DNA of 64,000 nucleotides from Octopus bimaculoides (GCF_001194135.2 NC_069004.1:2008388-2072387); one strand, 5' to 3'. Positions 24,001-35,813 are shown, counted from the first letter of the stretch. Translations and numbers: made by a program. Notes: a model not told the origin generated them from the letters alone.

Positions 24001-26150
24001 AGCTGAACACCCTTCAAAATTGTTAGGCCTTGTGCCGAAATTCAGGGCAAAATGCTTAGCAGCCGTCAGTTTTCACATTCTGAGTCCCCCACTCCACCCC
24101 CACCCTGAAATTGCTGTCCTTGTGCCAAAATTTGAAACCGTCATCATCATTATTATTAGGATGATAATTCAATAGAAATGGAACATTTTTGGGGGTTCCT
24201 GGAAACATGGGTGTTTTGGTCATCATCTTTAGACAACCCTTATTCAAGGACCTTTTGAGTGAGAGGGGTTATTTGACCTGAAGAAATTTCTAACTGGACT
24301 CTACCTACAAGGCCATGATATGATGTCAGCTTGTCAAAACTTCTGGCACTGGATATTTCAATGTTTTACAAAGTGCAAAAAAAAAAAAGAAGCTAAAATT
24401 CAACAATGTGGATTATCTTTAAAACAATTAAAAAATCTACTTACTTGTTCTAAAAGAGGATGTTCCTTTCTGTTATCAATTTCTGTAGGTGAGTTGTTAA
24501 GTATTAAATATATGCATTGCTCTACTTGACTATGTAAGAAATTGTTCCATATATATTTGAAATATAAATCCTGAAAGAAGAAATGATAAAATCTAAGAAA
24601 AAACAGATGCTGAGAAAGAGAAGGGAGGAGATGCAATCGCACAGGTAAAATGTTACTTACCAACATTACACCAATGGTCCCAGAATTTGCCAATTCTACA
24701 TTGACCTCATGAGAATTGGTCTGAATTAAAGCAGTGATCAATTTTGTTATTTGTAACCTAGTATTTCCCAGAGGTGGTTCAAGTATACCAATAGTGGTTG
24801 GCATAGCACAGTACCGGGGCTGAAAAGGAAAAAAGGGAAATTATATAGAACATCACCAGATCATCAACAAGAGTAATTTTATATTGGCTAAACACACACA
24901 CACATTTCTTCTTCTTATCACTCTGTTGGTTATGACAAAAAGTGTTCCAGTTGATCCAATCAAAAGAGCAGCCTGCTTGTGAAATTAACATGCAAGAGGC
25001 TGAGTACACCACAGACATGTGTACCCTTAATGTAGTTCTCAGGGAAATTCAGTGTAACACAGAGTGTGACAAGACTGGCCCTTTGAATTACAGGTACAAC
25101 TCATTTTTGCCAGCTGAATGGACTGGAGTAATGTAAAATAAAGTGTCTTGCTCAAGGACACAACATGGTATATCAATCCAACAGATGGTAAAAACTGTTC
25201 ATGACAGGGGCAGAAGCTAACAAGCTTTAAGTGACCCTCACCTTAGGTGGATTTAATAAAAGTGAATGGAAGTCCTTTATTCTGGGAGTTATAGCATACA
25301 GAACATGGTTGACACCTTGTGTTAGATTTTCAATTTCTAAACTAGATCTCTGGTCCACTTCTCCTTCATATCTACAAGGAAAGACAAAAGAACACAATTA
25401 AGTATTTTCAAAAGTCACAAAAAACTGTAAAAACAGCAGCTTCAAAAATTCACATCATATCCTAAAACAAAACCAAAAAAAAACTAAAAAAACATGCATC
25501 TACAAACAGATTAACCTCACTTAAAAAAAATATTTTGGTACTTATTCTATCAGTCTCTTTCAACAAACTGCTAGGTTATAGGGATGTAAAAAAACCAGCA
25601 GCATTTGTCACATGGTAAAGGGGACAAACACAGGCACAAAGAGACAAATGCGCGCGTGTGCGTGTGTGTGTGTGTGTGTATACACAATGGGCTAGCACAG
25701 TTTCCACCTGCCAAATTCACTCATAAGGCATTAGTCAGCCCTGGGGCTATAAGTAAAAGATATATATATATATATATATATAGGTGCAGGTGTGGCTGTG
25801 TGGTAAAAAGCTTGCTCCCCAGCCACATGATTCTGGGTTCAGTCTCACTGCGTAGCACCTTGGGCAAGTGTCTTCTGTTATAGCCCCAGGCTGATCAAAG
25901 CCTTGTGAGTAGATTTAGTAGACAGAAACTGAAAGAAGCCTGTCGCGTGTATGTATGTATATTTGTGTTTGTCAACCCACTCCATCGCTTGACAACTGAT
26001 GTTGGTGTGTTCATGTCCCTGTAACCTAGCGGTTCAGCAAAAGAAACCAACAGAGTAAGTACTACAGTTACAAAGAATAAGTCCTGGGGTTGATTTGTTT
26101 GACTAAAGGCAGGGCTCCAGCATGGCTACAGTAAAATGACTAAAACAAGT

Positions 26151-26192
<42 letters not shown>

Positions 26193-29100
26193 GCACATAC
26201 ACACACATGTATATGGGTATATGCCGTCCAACATTTTCCTCTAGTTTATTACAGGTATGGAGACACTTGAGACATGCACTAAATACATGGCAGGTTATTA
26301 AGCATGGTCAAAGTAAATGATTCAAGTAAGAGGGTAAGTGGGGTCGGGTGGGAGGTGGAAAATACAAATAAAATTACACTTTCTTGATATCAAGCAAAAT
26401 CTGTACGACAAGAAGACCGTTGACGATAACTGATTCGTTCTTTTCTCCGTCCAGTATGTTGTTTAACAAACGACCGATAACTGGTTCACTGAAAAAAGCA
26501 AAATAAATAAAAACGGTTGTTTATACAAATCTGTTGAAGAAACCAAAGAACTACAGACATTAGTCATTCATCTAACTCAATATACATTAATCATTAATCT
26601 ATATATGGTAGTGTGAGAGTGCATAGCCTAGTGGTTAGGGTATCGAATTCATGATTGCAAGATCGTGGTTTCAATTCCTGGACTGGGTGGTGTGTTGTGT
26701 TTATGAGCAAAACGCTTCGTATCACGTTGCTCTGCATTCACTTCGACATCTGATGTGTGGTACATCATTACACCTATTCACGCAGCATCAATTTGATGGA
26801 GGAAGTGAGCTTAACGTACAGCAGGAACATATAATCAGTACAAACAAATCATTTGCACAGGTTCTTCAGTAAGAAATTGCAGAACTGTCTTTCTCGGACT
26901 ACAAGAGAGTACCATCATGTATGCTAGTCATTCATCTATACACATGTCCATGCGTGACATTTAGTAAATATTACTTTTTTTTTTTTTTTGTAGTAATTGA
27001 ATGAACTCAAAATCACAAGGCTGTGAGTTCAATTCCTTGACAGGGTAACAAGGCAATTCTAATCATGTTGCTCTAATCTGTTCAAGTGAAACGACTAATA
27101 GCAAGCCCAGACGCAGGTTCCTTTTCTTCCGTCTGTTTCATCCAGGGGTGTTTCCACTGGGTCACATATAATGGTTTGATCATTTGGACTAATGAAAGAA
27201 AGGAACAATGGCAATTCATATGTCAAAGAAAGTAGTGATCACAACCAGTGAAGCAGTGTGAACCAATAATCGGAACCGGTATGCAAAGAGGGTTCAGTTG
27301 AGAAACTAGTCACCCCTATAAATATTAGATTTTGCAAACTGGTATACTTACGATTCTAAAGTTGCCAAGAGGGGATATGGTTGAGGACAATCCTGAATCT
27401 GAGACGGTTGTTCTCGACCTAATCGGACAATATCACAAAGAAATTGAGCTGCATTTGTATGAAACTGTGGAGAAAAATAAAAATAATAAAAATTAAAATA
27501 ATGAAAAATGAACAATGAAAATATATAAAAGGAATGAAATAGTGCTATACATGATTACTACCAGCTAGTAAACAAAAAACAAAAAATTAAATATTTGAAT
27601 TTTATGCAACTTTTTCATTGTAATTGCAAATTCAAAGTTCTAATCCTACCTCATATTAAGAAACGATTATCTCCCTTCTTACGTCTGCTTTCCATGCTGG
27701 AATGGGTTGGACAAGTCATCATGGCCAAAGTCATTTGTCATTAGGAGCAAACATTTGTACACATCATATGGCTGGGGTTTCTATGGCTGAATGCCCTTTC
27801 TATTGCCAACCACTTTACACAATGTACTGTGCACATGTTTTCATGGCATCAAAATTTTTTTTTAAATCTAAACTCCACCCTGAACCACCTGAGCATGGAA
27901 ACACCATTTCCACAAACAGGAACAGTGTTTGGCCACCCGGTTATTGATACGATAAGAACCATACAAACAGCAGATCTGATAATGGATTTTGAAATCCAGA
28001 AGCACACACACACACATACAGCAAATACAAAAAGTCACACACACACACACATGCATAGTAGATACAGAAGGGGAACACACAGACACACAACAGAGAAACA
28101 ACAAAGGTGGAAAATTACAGAATGGCGAATAAAAGTAACTCACATCTTCTTCAATTGATGGAACAACTTGATCCACGAGTCTTTCCACCAGTTTTTCTTC
28201 ATTCAACCACTGAAATAGAAGAGAAAAGGAAATATAGACACAGAACATTTGCTTTAAATTTAAAGTTGAAATTCACTTGAAAATTTGGACCAAGGGAGTT
28301 TAGTGACAGAGTTCAATGATAGAGTACAAGAGATAAAATATTATTCATGGTTTTCCACAACACAGTTTGGATTCCTTGGAACTATTTCATACATGTCTTT
28401 TATAAAGGTAAAAAGGCCAAAAATGTTAATTTGATCTTCCTATACAGTCTAAGCTTTCATCTACACACACACACACACACTCTCTCTCAATAATCAACAT
28501 CCTGATAGATTTGCAAACTTTGAAAGCAACAAGTTTAAGTGCCTAGGTCACCCTTAACAGCTAATGACTAGTAAGACATCTCCAGTATTGGTACCACCAT
28601 AAAACATGCCTAGTTCCTTTTCGTAGACAGTAAGCTTAAAATGTCACCCTGCTTAACACTTTCATCTGGTTATGAAGTACATTTAGCTGAGTTCATTCGA
28701 TTCAAAGCAAATGGGCCAAGCTTCCAACCAAAGAAGAACACATTCTATTAACACACTGATTCCCACTTGGTCACTGCTTATCAGAGACAGCATGATATAA
28801 AGATTTTTCAGCCAATGCCAAATGAAAGGGGCCAAATCCAATATATAACAGTACTTAAAAAGAAGTACTGGCATTGATTTCGTCGTAGTTTAATGTCTGT
28901 TTTCCATGCTGGCATAGGTTGGACGGTTTAAGTGGAGCTGGTAAGGCTAGGGCCCACACCAAGCGGCACTGGCATGGTTTCTACAACTGGATGCTCTTCC
29001 TAATGCCTAAATCGTTTGAGGCATGCTCCAGTATGGCCACAGGCCTATGACTGAAACAAGCAAAAGATAAATGAAATGGAAATAATAATATAAGGTTAAA

Positions 29101-29865
29101 AAAAGAAGCTGACTGACCTCTATCATTTCAAACTTTAGTTTTGTAGATTCTATACAGGTTATCAATCGTAACAAGAGATCCACCATTGCAGATGTACCAA
29201 TATGTGTCAGTAAGGTTCCAACAAAGTCAGATTTTGATTTCAAATATTTAAATATCTGGGGAAAAAAAAATTTAATTAAAAAAATAAAAATCGAAAATTT
29301 GCTGAATTAGTTTCAATTTTCAAATATATTTTGAGAGTATTACGGAATGCAAACATGAATGGAAATCTTCAAATGCAAACAATACTTACCATCTCACTTT
29401 TTTTAACTGTAAGAAGGCCTATCACTTTACTGACAAAGCTAGCCAATAAGGGATTAAGAGGGCCCTTCATCTCCAAGAACCCATATAATTTGTTTATATA
29501 AACACTATCTCCAGTTAGGCAGTCATTGATCTGAGTTACATCACATGTCAATACTTCACAGCATGTATTTGGGTACCTTTTGGACAAAGAAACAAAGCAT
29601 TAGAATCAGTTACTGTTTAAATAGTTGATTAGAGAGACATCTAAATAGTTCAAATTTAAGGATGTTTTAATCTGAAGCAAGACGTCTTTTTGTACGATTA
29701 TATCAACTGTATTTACTTGCAAATAAGTTGGACTAATTTATACTTGATTTTAAGTGAAGAAATTGGGGTGCGACATACATGGGGCAAAACTAACAATATG
29801 AAGGGGAAAAAAATTTATACCAAGGTTTAACATTAAATTAGGGGGTTAACTTATACATAAGAAAA

Positions 29866-29909
<44 letters not shown>

Positions 29910-30884
29910 CAAAAGAAGCTGGAAAATTTTTTTTGGTATTATTTGTTCATCATGCGTACGAACAACCATGCTACATGGCAGTGAAACATGGGCTGTAACT
30001 GCTGAGGACATACGTAAGCTCGCAAGGAATGAAGCCAGTATGCTCCGTTGGATGTGTAATGTCAATNNNNNNNNNNNNNNNNNNNNNNNNNNNNNNNNNN
30101 NNNNNNNNNNNNNNNNNNNNNNNNNNNNNNNNNNNNNNNNNNNNNNNNNNNNNNNNNNNNNNNNNNNNNNNNNNNNNNNNNNNNNNNNNNNNNNNNNNNN
30201 NNNNNNNNNNNNNNNNNNNNNNNNNNNNNNNNNNNNNNNNNNNNNNNNNNNNNNNNNNNNNGCTTGTGCGGGTGGCACATAAAAGACACCATTTCGAGCG
30301 TGGCCGTTTTCGTGCGGGTGACACGTAAAAGCACCCACTACACTCTCTGAGTGGTTGGCGTTAGGAAGGGCATCCAGCTGTAGAAACTCTGCCAAATCAG
30401 ACTGGAGCCTGGTGTTGCCATCCGGTTTCACCAGTCCTCAGTCAAATCGTCCAACCCATGCTAGCATGGAAAGCGGACGTTAAACGATGATGATGATGAT
30501 GATTACATATGGTTCATTTGCTTATAGGAATCACAACCCTGGGTCATCCATGGGGCTGGGCCCTTAATGGATGTGAAACCATTGGTCACTCTATGACCAG
30601 ACTTATACTCAACTGAATAAGAAATACACTATTGCTCTACGCTTTAGAGTGTGCCTCTTTTTCTGCTATATGATACAAATATATATATATATATATAAAA
30701 TGAGGTTATATTATACTGGTAGGTAAGAATTCTAAACATTTTAAAGAGTGCAGTATAAATGCAGGCAACCAGAAACGTAATTTGGCAAATGCTATTACTT
30801 CATTAAAATACTTCAGATATAAACACTTTAGAGAAAACAAGAAATAAATCAACATGGAGAGAGGGAGGGAGAGAAAGAGAGTGA

Positions 30885-30981
<97 letters not shown>

Positions 30982-33900
30982 TTTAAATAATTTTACATAA
31001 TTTATCTATGCTGCTGCTTTTCTCCTCATGGCTTCCACTCTTTCGCTCTGGATGTTGCTCTGTCAATGGCTGTGGTTCGCAAATGGTTCCACATTCCCCA
31101 TCCACTGGCCTGCTTCTTCTTTAACAGTTCTTTTCCAGATGTTCTTGGGTCTTCGGCCCTTCCCCCTTCCATTCCAGGGGCTCATGTTGTGGCTGTCATA
31201 CAATTGCTGATGAGATCTTTCCACAAGATGTGCCCAATGTACTGCAACCTCCTTCACCATACTTCACATCTCGTGCCCTCCGTCCTAGCACTTCCCAAGC
31301 ATGGCCTCCTCGCTCTTTGTATGCTCTTGCCACTGTGTCTTAAGTATCAGCCTCAGACATCTGCACAGGAAGACATCTAGTTCCCTCTCGTCCCCTTTGG
31401 TCATTTTCTTTCTTTACCAAATATTCGAACAGTTTCATTTTGAGGCTAAAGCTGATGCTATTGGAACTACAGATGCTCTTAGGACAACTGAACGTGACTT
31501 GGGATTTGGCCAATCTGTTTACTAGGCCCATGGTACCAACATTAGAGACAAAGGTTCCTAAATATTCAAACCTGTCCAAACATTCCAATATTTCTCTATT
31601 GATCATGAAGCTGTCTGTACTTTTGAGAAATATATTTTTTATATTTTCACTCCAATGTGTTTCTGGAATAAATTTGTTTTTGTTTTCAATATTACTTGTA
31701 GATTTGCTGTTACATTTTGAAAATTGAAATAACTGACATTATGCCCAGTACAATTATACTTTTTCGGTATTTGCTATTACACCAACTTTTGAAAATTCTT
31801 CCTGTTCAGAATCACTGTAACTGAATGTGAAAGTAGCATTTGCAGGATGTTTTTGTTTTTGGTTTTTACAAGTGGAAAAAAATTATGAAAAAGATACATA
31901 CATGGAAAAAATATATGAAAAAATTTGGAGAACACAAATTTCACATTATAAAAATGTTGGCTGATGTATAGTAAGTGTCCATCCAGTAAAATCATGGGAT
32001 ATCGTTAAAAGAGTAATAAGACATATCTCAATATTCTCTTTTAAATATAAATAGGTAATTAGGGATGGTATTGTGCAGTAACCTAGAACCATGAGAAGTT
32101 TGGGGCATTTGTTGATAGACTGATAATGAGAATTAATTAAGCATATAAAATTAAGTGCTCTGTTCAAATTCATCTGAAATACCTGCAACTGTGGCGTACA
32201 AATTCACATCATAACCAAAAGGGGAATTTACCTATAACGCTGTTTCTCTTCAATATCTTCAGATGGTTCTTCAGTAACCATATTGACCATTTCTCTTAAG
32301 TTATCCGGACGGATAAGACTAAAATAAGAAGCAACAACCAACACATGAGTAAGTGGACATATAAGGTCATTTAGAAAGAAAGTAAAAGATGATAAATAAT
32401 GAAGTATTTCGAACAGAAATATCACAGAAATAACATCATTTAAGAGAATAGCAATTTTGTAAACTCTGACACGATACTTTATCACCAGCCGATAGTTCTG
32501 TCTCTCTCCTACTTTAAGCACCAAACAGAAAAATAAGAATACTTACAAGTCAATAAGCTTTTTATGTCTGGCTTTACATTCTTGAAGAATATCATCTTCG
32601 TCAAGAAGTTCTTGTAAGGTAACATCCTGAAAAACAGATATTAAAAGATTGCAAGAAGACAAAGAAGAATAAAAGTCCTTTGGTTAAATTTTCTTCATCA
32701 GAATATTTTTTCAAACATTTTTTCAAACAAGATAATGAAGTTAATGTATCCAGTAATAGAAGTATTCCTACTAAATCAGTTAAATGTTCATTTTAATTTC
32801 ACTGATGCTTAATACCAAATAATTCACTTTCACTTTGAGATTTTAAAATGTTTTATGATCAGAAAAGTGAAAGAATTTTTTTCATTTGAAATTGAAAATT
32901 CTTCCGTTTTCTCAGTTGAATTTAATGTCTCCAACTATCACGCTCTCTCTCTCTCTCTCTCTTCATTTATTGGTTCATGCTCCCATTACCAGCATGACCT
33001 CAAACAAAAACACATAACAAATTATGAAATATGATAGTATCATATTTAAGAAATAAGATATTTAGAGGCAGAGTTTCCAATTCAGGCTGTTTGTTGATAA
33101 TTTAGTCGGTTCATTCATTTAATTTTGTTCTCTCTTTAATGGTTTACGTTGATGTTGTCGTTGCTTTGTACCAAGTCAATCAGAAAATAAAATAGTTTAC
33201 AATAAACCACACTGAAGATATAGATATATATTATTAGCGATGGAAGCAGTATTAATACCAAAAATTAATCTTTATATCCATCTTAACATGGATGTCTTGT
33301 TAGATCACTGAAGACTGCCTTATTAGCCTTGAGACATTCTCTTGTACAGGCACTCGGTGCATAAAAGTACAATCATAGATTGTAGCAGACAAGAAGAATT
33401 GTCTGTGATGGGTGCCAGAATTCTCATATCAAGTGATTTCATTCTACTGGAAGTCATCAGTGGGAAGTGTCGTCCAGTCACTGCATACCAGTCAAATCTC
33501 ACTGCTATAGAGAATATCAGAATCTTTCCAGACACCGATGCCACAAGTAGCAAACTGGTATGATCAACATTTCCATATATTCCTGGCAGTTTCGTTTTTG
33601 AGATGCACGTATGGCTTTATGGCTAAGAAGCTTGCTTTCCAACCCTATGCTTTCTGGTTCAATCCCACTGTGCAGCACATTGGATAAGGGCCTTTTAATT
33701 GAGCCCCTTGTTGACCCAAGTCCTGTAATTGGATCAGGTAGGCGGAAACTGAAAGAAGCCTGTCGTATGTACATGTGTATGAGTAACTGTGTGAGTGTAT
33801 GTTTGTGTCTCCTTGTTTTGACATCTTATGATAGTTGTAAATAAGTGTCACTGTCATACAAGCAGTGTCATTCAATTCCAACATTCTGTGAAAACATGTC

Positions 33901-34903
33901 TAGCCATGGGGAAATATTACCTTGCTTGGAATTGTGTGAGAGTTGGTGACAGGGAGGGTGGTTGGACGTAGAAAATCTGCCTTAATTAAGGCCATCTGAC
34001 GCAAGCAAGCAGGGAAAATCAGGCGGTGAAACAGTGCTGCTGATGATATATCCATAGGTGCAGCATTAAGTCTGCACCGACACAACAGTGTGAAGCTAGG
34101 TCTGTTGCACTAACACTTGCAAAAAGTGGTTTCACAACTGAATGCTTTGCCTGTGAGACTTTACTGGTCACAGACAGATGCCTAGAGAGCACTGAATTTC
34201 ATTTGGGTGTACAACAAAATGGCATAAGAAAGATTTGAAACATGTCTAGTAGAGCATAACTGCGAGTTGAATAGGATTTAGATCTTTATATAAATATTTT
34301 CTGAATGCATTATTGTAAATATTTACATGTTAAAATCACTACCTTGTTACCTTTTTCTCTTTCTTTTTATTTCTTAGTCACTGGACTGCAGCCATGCTGG
34401 AGCACTGGCTTAAAGGGTTTGCTTGAATAAACACTCCCAAATACATATTTAAAAAGAAAGTTTGTTTTTTTTTAATAAGCCTGGTCTTTTTCCAAACTGC
34501 CAAGTTACAGGGGTGTAAATAAACCAACACTTGTTGCCAAGTGATGATGAAGCTATAAACACACACACACACACACACTGACAGGCTTCCTCACAGTTTA
34601 CATGTAGCAAATTCACTCACAAGGTATTGGCCAGCCAGAGGCTATAGTAAAAGACATTTTGCAGTGGGACTGAATCGAAAAACCACAAAGTTGCAAAGCA
34701 AGTTTCTTCACAACCCAGCCGTACCTGCACCTACCGAAGGACGGAAACATCAAGGAATGAGAAAATACTCCCAATCAGAAGTTAGAGACAAAGAATAATT
34801 TGGGCCCAGATCAAATGTGACGTAATGAATGTAAATAGGGACCTACCTCTTTTTCAAGTAAAGAGTCAATGTGAGTTGAGGCAAGATTGAACTTCCAAAA
34901 CAT
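9178..34903 (-). CDS. PPP6R3: Serine/threonine-protein phosphatase 6 regulatory subunit (SAPS family, PPP6R1/2/3 orthologue); 25 coding exons, 955 aa (961 with microexon)
   Basis: Manual splicing of 25 GT-AG exons totals 2868 nt including the stop, with every junction phase-compatible. Hallmark motifs include [56 protein letters not shown] and terminal NGPV. Confidence 0.97.
9893..10207 (-). CDS. PPP6R3: PPP6R3 coding exon 24 (Ser/Thr-rich, with internal tandem repeat)
   Basis: tatttcAG...GTAATT, 315 nt open, phase 2-2, inside ORF 9889-10224. Confidence 0.85.
13963..14058. repeat. (GT)n followed by (GA)n microsatellite
   Basis: Seen directly. Confidence 0.97.
14248..14397 (-). CDS. PPP6R3: PPP6R3 coding exon 23 ([23 protein letters not shown]...NCSQE)
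   Basis: ttttttaacAG...GTATAG, 150 nt, phase 2-2. Confidence 0.83.
14727..14814 (-). CDS. PPP6R3: PPP6R3 coding exon 22 ([28 protein letters not shown])
   Basis: tgtttcAG...GTACAC, 88 nt, phase 1-2. It is required to keep frame between exons 21 and 23, but the sequence is low-conservation. Confidence 0.8.
15178..15251 (-). CDS. PPP6R3: PPP6R3 coding exon 21 ([24 protein letters not shown])
   Basis: ttttccAG...GTACGT, 74 nt. [10 protein letters not shown] matches the family RSxSPxxMxT motif. Confidence 0.88.
15630..15762 (-). CDS. PPP6R3: PPP6R3 coding exon 20 (METSPWD...KWANFD...[13 protein letters not shown])
   Basis: ctcttacAG...GTACGG, 133 nt, phase 1-2. Confidence 0.88.
16193..16323 (-). 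CDS. PPP6R3: PPP6R3 coding exon 19 (acidic: [23 protein letters not shown]...EKMDVDVE)
   Basis: ttgtAG...GTCAGT, 131 nt, phase 2-1. Confidence 0.92.
16481..16614 (-). CDS. PPP6R3: PPP6R3 coding exon 18 ([32 protein letters not shown]...)
   Basis: tttgtAG...GTAAGC, 134 nt. Confidence 0.95.
17143..17203 (-). CDS. PPP6R3: PPP6R3 coding exon 17 ([20 protein letters not shown])
   Basis: ttcctgcAG...GTAAGT, 61 nt. Confidence 0.93.
17467..17561 (-). CDS. PPP6R3: PPP6R3 coding exon 16 ([31 protein letters not shown])
   Basis: caacAG...GTGAGT, 95 nt. Confidence 0.96.
17940..18140. repeat. Imperfect (TA)n microsatellite
   Basis: Seen directly. Confidence 0.95.
19960..20290. mobile_element. SINE family C copy
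   Basis: ttccagttgatcc...cagcctgct(c/t)gtgaaattaacatgcaag...gtgtgacaag(g/a)ctggccc recurs at 24940-25165. Confidence 0.8.
20929..20946 (-). CDS. PPP6R3: Candidate 18-nt alternative microexon (KPNYSQ) between exons 15 and 16
   Basis: TGC-T8-CAG acceptor, AAACCCAACTATTCTCAA, consensus GTAAGT donor, and CTAAC branch point at 20990-20994. It preserves the frame in a phase-0 intron. There is no transcript evidence. Confidence 0.7.
21972..22061 (-). CDS. PPP6R3: PPP6R3 coding exon 15 ([30 protein letters not shown])
   Basis: ttgtAG...GTAAGT, 90 nt, phase 0-0. Confidence 0.94.
22478..22554. mobile_element. 77-bp Tc1/mariner-type MITE (near-complete fold-back)
   Basis: TA|CAGGGTGTCCATAAAT...ATTTATGGACACCCTG|TA, with a 27-bp TIR carrying 2 mismatches and a TA target duplication. 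Confidence 0.92.
22764..22849 (-). CDS. PPP6R3: PPP6R3 coding exon 14 ([28 protein letters not shown])
   Basis: tatttcAG...GTATGT, 86 nt. Confidence 0.95.
23244..23362 (-). CDS. PPP6R3: PPP6R3 coding exon 13 ([21 protein letters not shown]...EYLK)
   Basis: ttttgcAG...GTAAGG, 119 nt. Confidence 0.96.
23796..23860 (-). CDS. PPP6R3: PPP6R3 coding exon 12 ([21 protein letters not shown])
   Basis: attcAG...GTAAGT, 65 nt. Confidence 0.95.
24445..24570 (-). CDS. PPP6R3: PPP6R3 coding exon 11 ([20 protein letters not shown]...HPLLEQ)
   Basis: ctttcAG...GTAAGT, 126 nt. Confidence 0.96.
24661..24819 (-). CDS. PPP6R3: PPP6R3 coding exon 10 ([28 protein letters not shown]...GTIGVML)
   Basis: cttttcAG...GTAAGT, 159 nt. 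Confidence 0.96.
25242..25371 (-). CDS. PPP6R3: PPP6R3 coding exon 9 (YEGEVDQ...[14 protein letters not shown])
   Basis: ccttgtAG...GTGAGG, 130 nt. Confidence 0.94.
25782..26157 (+). mobile_element. Full-length tRNA-derived SINE (family A, representative copy)
   Basis: tRNA-like head (gctgtgtggtaaaaagc... gggttcagtctc), then gaccaaagccttgtgagt and a tail ending aaacaagtaaaag. Related + copies lie near 13440, 21470, 33605, 36640, 40665 and 42620. Related - copies lie near 34370, 39050, 40980, 46590, 47360, 54310, 61860 and 63280. Confidence 0.88.
26378..26488 (-). CDS. PPP6R3: PPP6R3 coding exon 8 ([36 protein letters not shown])
   Basis: ttttttcAG...GTAATT, 111 nt, phase 2-2. Confidence 0.93.
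26620..26900 (+). mobile_element. tRNA-headed SINE family D copy
   Basis: tagcctagtggttaggg...gtggtttcaattcc head. It recurs at about 22190-22390, 56990-57240 and 62180-62380. Confidence 0.75.
27352..27464 (-). CDS. PPP6R3: PPP6R3 coding exon 7 ([19 protein letters not shown]...PLLATLE)
   Basis: ctccacAG...GTAAGT, 113 nt. Confidence 0.95.
28144..28209 (-). CDS. PPP6R3: PPP6R3 coding exon 6 ([22 protein letters not shown])
   Basis: tttcAG...GTGAGT, 66 nt. Confidence 0.95.
29118..29255 (-). CDS. PPP6R3: PPP6R3 coding exon 5 ([36 protein letters not shown]...)
   Basis: ttccccAG...GTCAGT, 138 nt, phase 0-0. Confidence 0.96.
29390..29576 (-). CDS. PPP6R3: PPP6R3 coding exon 4 ([13 protein letters not shown]...[23 protein letters not shown])
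   Basis: aaAG...GTAAGT, 187 nt, inside ORF 29369-29587. Confidence 0.96.
29945..30500 (+). mobile_element. RTE-clade LINE 3' fragment spanning the gap
   Basis: Translates to [37 protein letters not shown]. The 3' tail ends in ggacgttaaacgat(gat)n. Confidence 0.85.
30067..30261. other. Assembly gap (195 N) inside an RTE-like element
   Basis: N run seen directly. Confidence 0.99.
30885..30980. repeat. Compound (GT)n(AT)n(AGAT)n(AG)n microsatellite
   Basis: Seen directly. Confidence 0.95.
31020..31610 (-). mobile_element. Degenerate RTE-like LINE remnant
   Basis: [15 protein letters not shown]...RLAKSQVTF and [21 protein letters not shown] are typical post-RT RTE motifs, here frameshifted. 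Confidence 0.8.
32232..32318 (-). CDS. PPP6R3: PPP6R3 coding exon 3 ([28 protein letters not shown])
   Basis: ttttAG...GTAAAT, 87 nt, phase 2-2. Confidence 0.95.
32547..32626 (-). CDS. PPP6R3: PPP6R3 coding exon 2 ([26 protein letters not shown])
   Basis: tttttcAG...GTAAGT, 80 nt, matches the SAPS N-terminus. Confidence 0.96.
34847..34903 (-). CDS. PPP6R3: PPP6R3 coding exon 1 ([19 protein letters not shown])
   Basis: Acceptor ttttcAG at 34915-34916 leaves 11 nt of UTR before the ATG at 34903, so an upstream non-coding exon must exist. Donor GTAGGT, phase 0. Confidence 0.95.
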
Positions 34904-35141
34904 GTCTCACGTATCTGAAAACATCAAACAGAAAATAAGTGGGTGGTGTTAAGTGAGCTTAACAATACTATTTTACATGGGTCATGATACACAATTAAAT
35001 ATAAGATATATATTGGTTGTCTCTTGGTTTACACAGGACTCGATTTGCATAGTTTCATTTTAACAGTGTTTACAATTTGGTTGATTTTTTTCTAATAACT
35101 CAATGCATATAATTTAGAAATACAAATCTGTTTATTTGTCA

Positions 35142-35470
35142 TTTCGGTCAGGTCACACTTGAGCGCAACTGGTAACATGTAACCCAGTACAACCTGTCAT
35201 ATGGTCGGTTCGTCGGCGACGAAACTGGCAACCCCCATCAAGCTTGCTTGGTGAGGAGAATGATTGTTGGACATCCTGTGGGATGAAAAATATGACCCGT
35301 TAAAGGGCAGAAGAACTACTGTGTAGTCAACAGCCAATTCAACAAGTACCTTGCCACGGTGAAGTGCCTGTGTGCTTCATTGACCCGGAGAGCTATGCTG
35401 GAGGGAGAGAAATCTTTAGGCAGGTCTTACCAAGCCAGACAGGTCGAAGGGTAGGAGACAGACAAAACCT
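35142..35470 (+). mobile_element. GC-richer segment resembling the 5' UTR of an RTE-type LINE
   Basis: Abrupt GC and CpG rise from AT-rich flanks. The motifs gacccggagagctatgctgg and ccaagccagacaggtcgaagggtagg are recalled from RTE 5' UTRs and are unverified. Confidence 0.55.
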
Positions 35471-35721
35471 CAACAATAATAAGTGTCAGCAGTAGGATGT
35501 GGATTTAGTTATCGGCAGGACCTAACCGATCAGATTCCTGGCTTTGAACCAGAAGGATGTCATGCAGAGGATCTTGAATACAAGACAATGGATGAGATTT
35601 TCTCTCTAAGGTGGAGACTCACGTAAGGTCCATTTTTGGAAACAGTAACAATCAGCTATACATGAAAGCCTCCTTTCCTCTCCCTATGATAGGACAGGAA
35701 CAAGTGTCTTGCTGAAGAACA

Positions 35722-35744
35722 CAGAGAGAGAGAGAGAGAGAGAC

Positions 35745-35812
<68 letters not shown>
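35722..35812. repeat. (AG)n microsatellite
   Basis: Seen directly. Confidence 0.97.

Positions 35813-35813
<1 letters not shown>

Noticed and set aside
25782-25860. tRNA-like heads (A and B boxes) at many positions
   Set aside because: They continue into SINE bodies and lack a full cloverleaf, so they are not tRNA genes.
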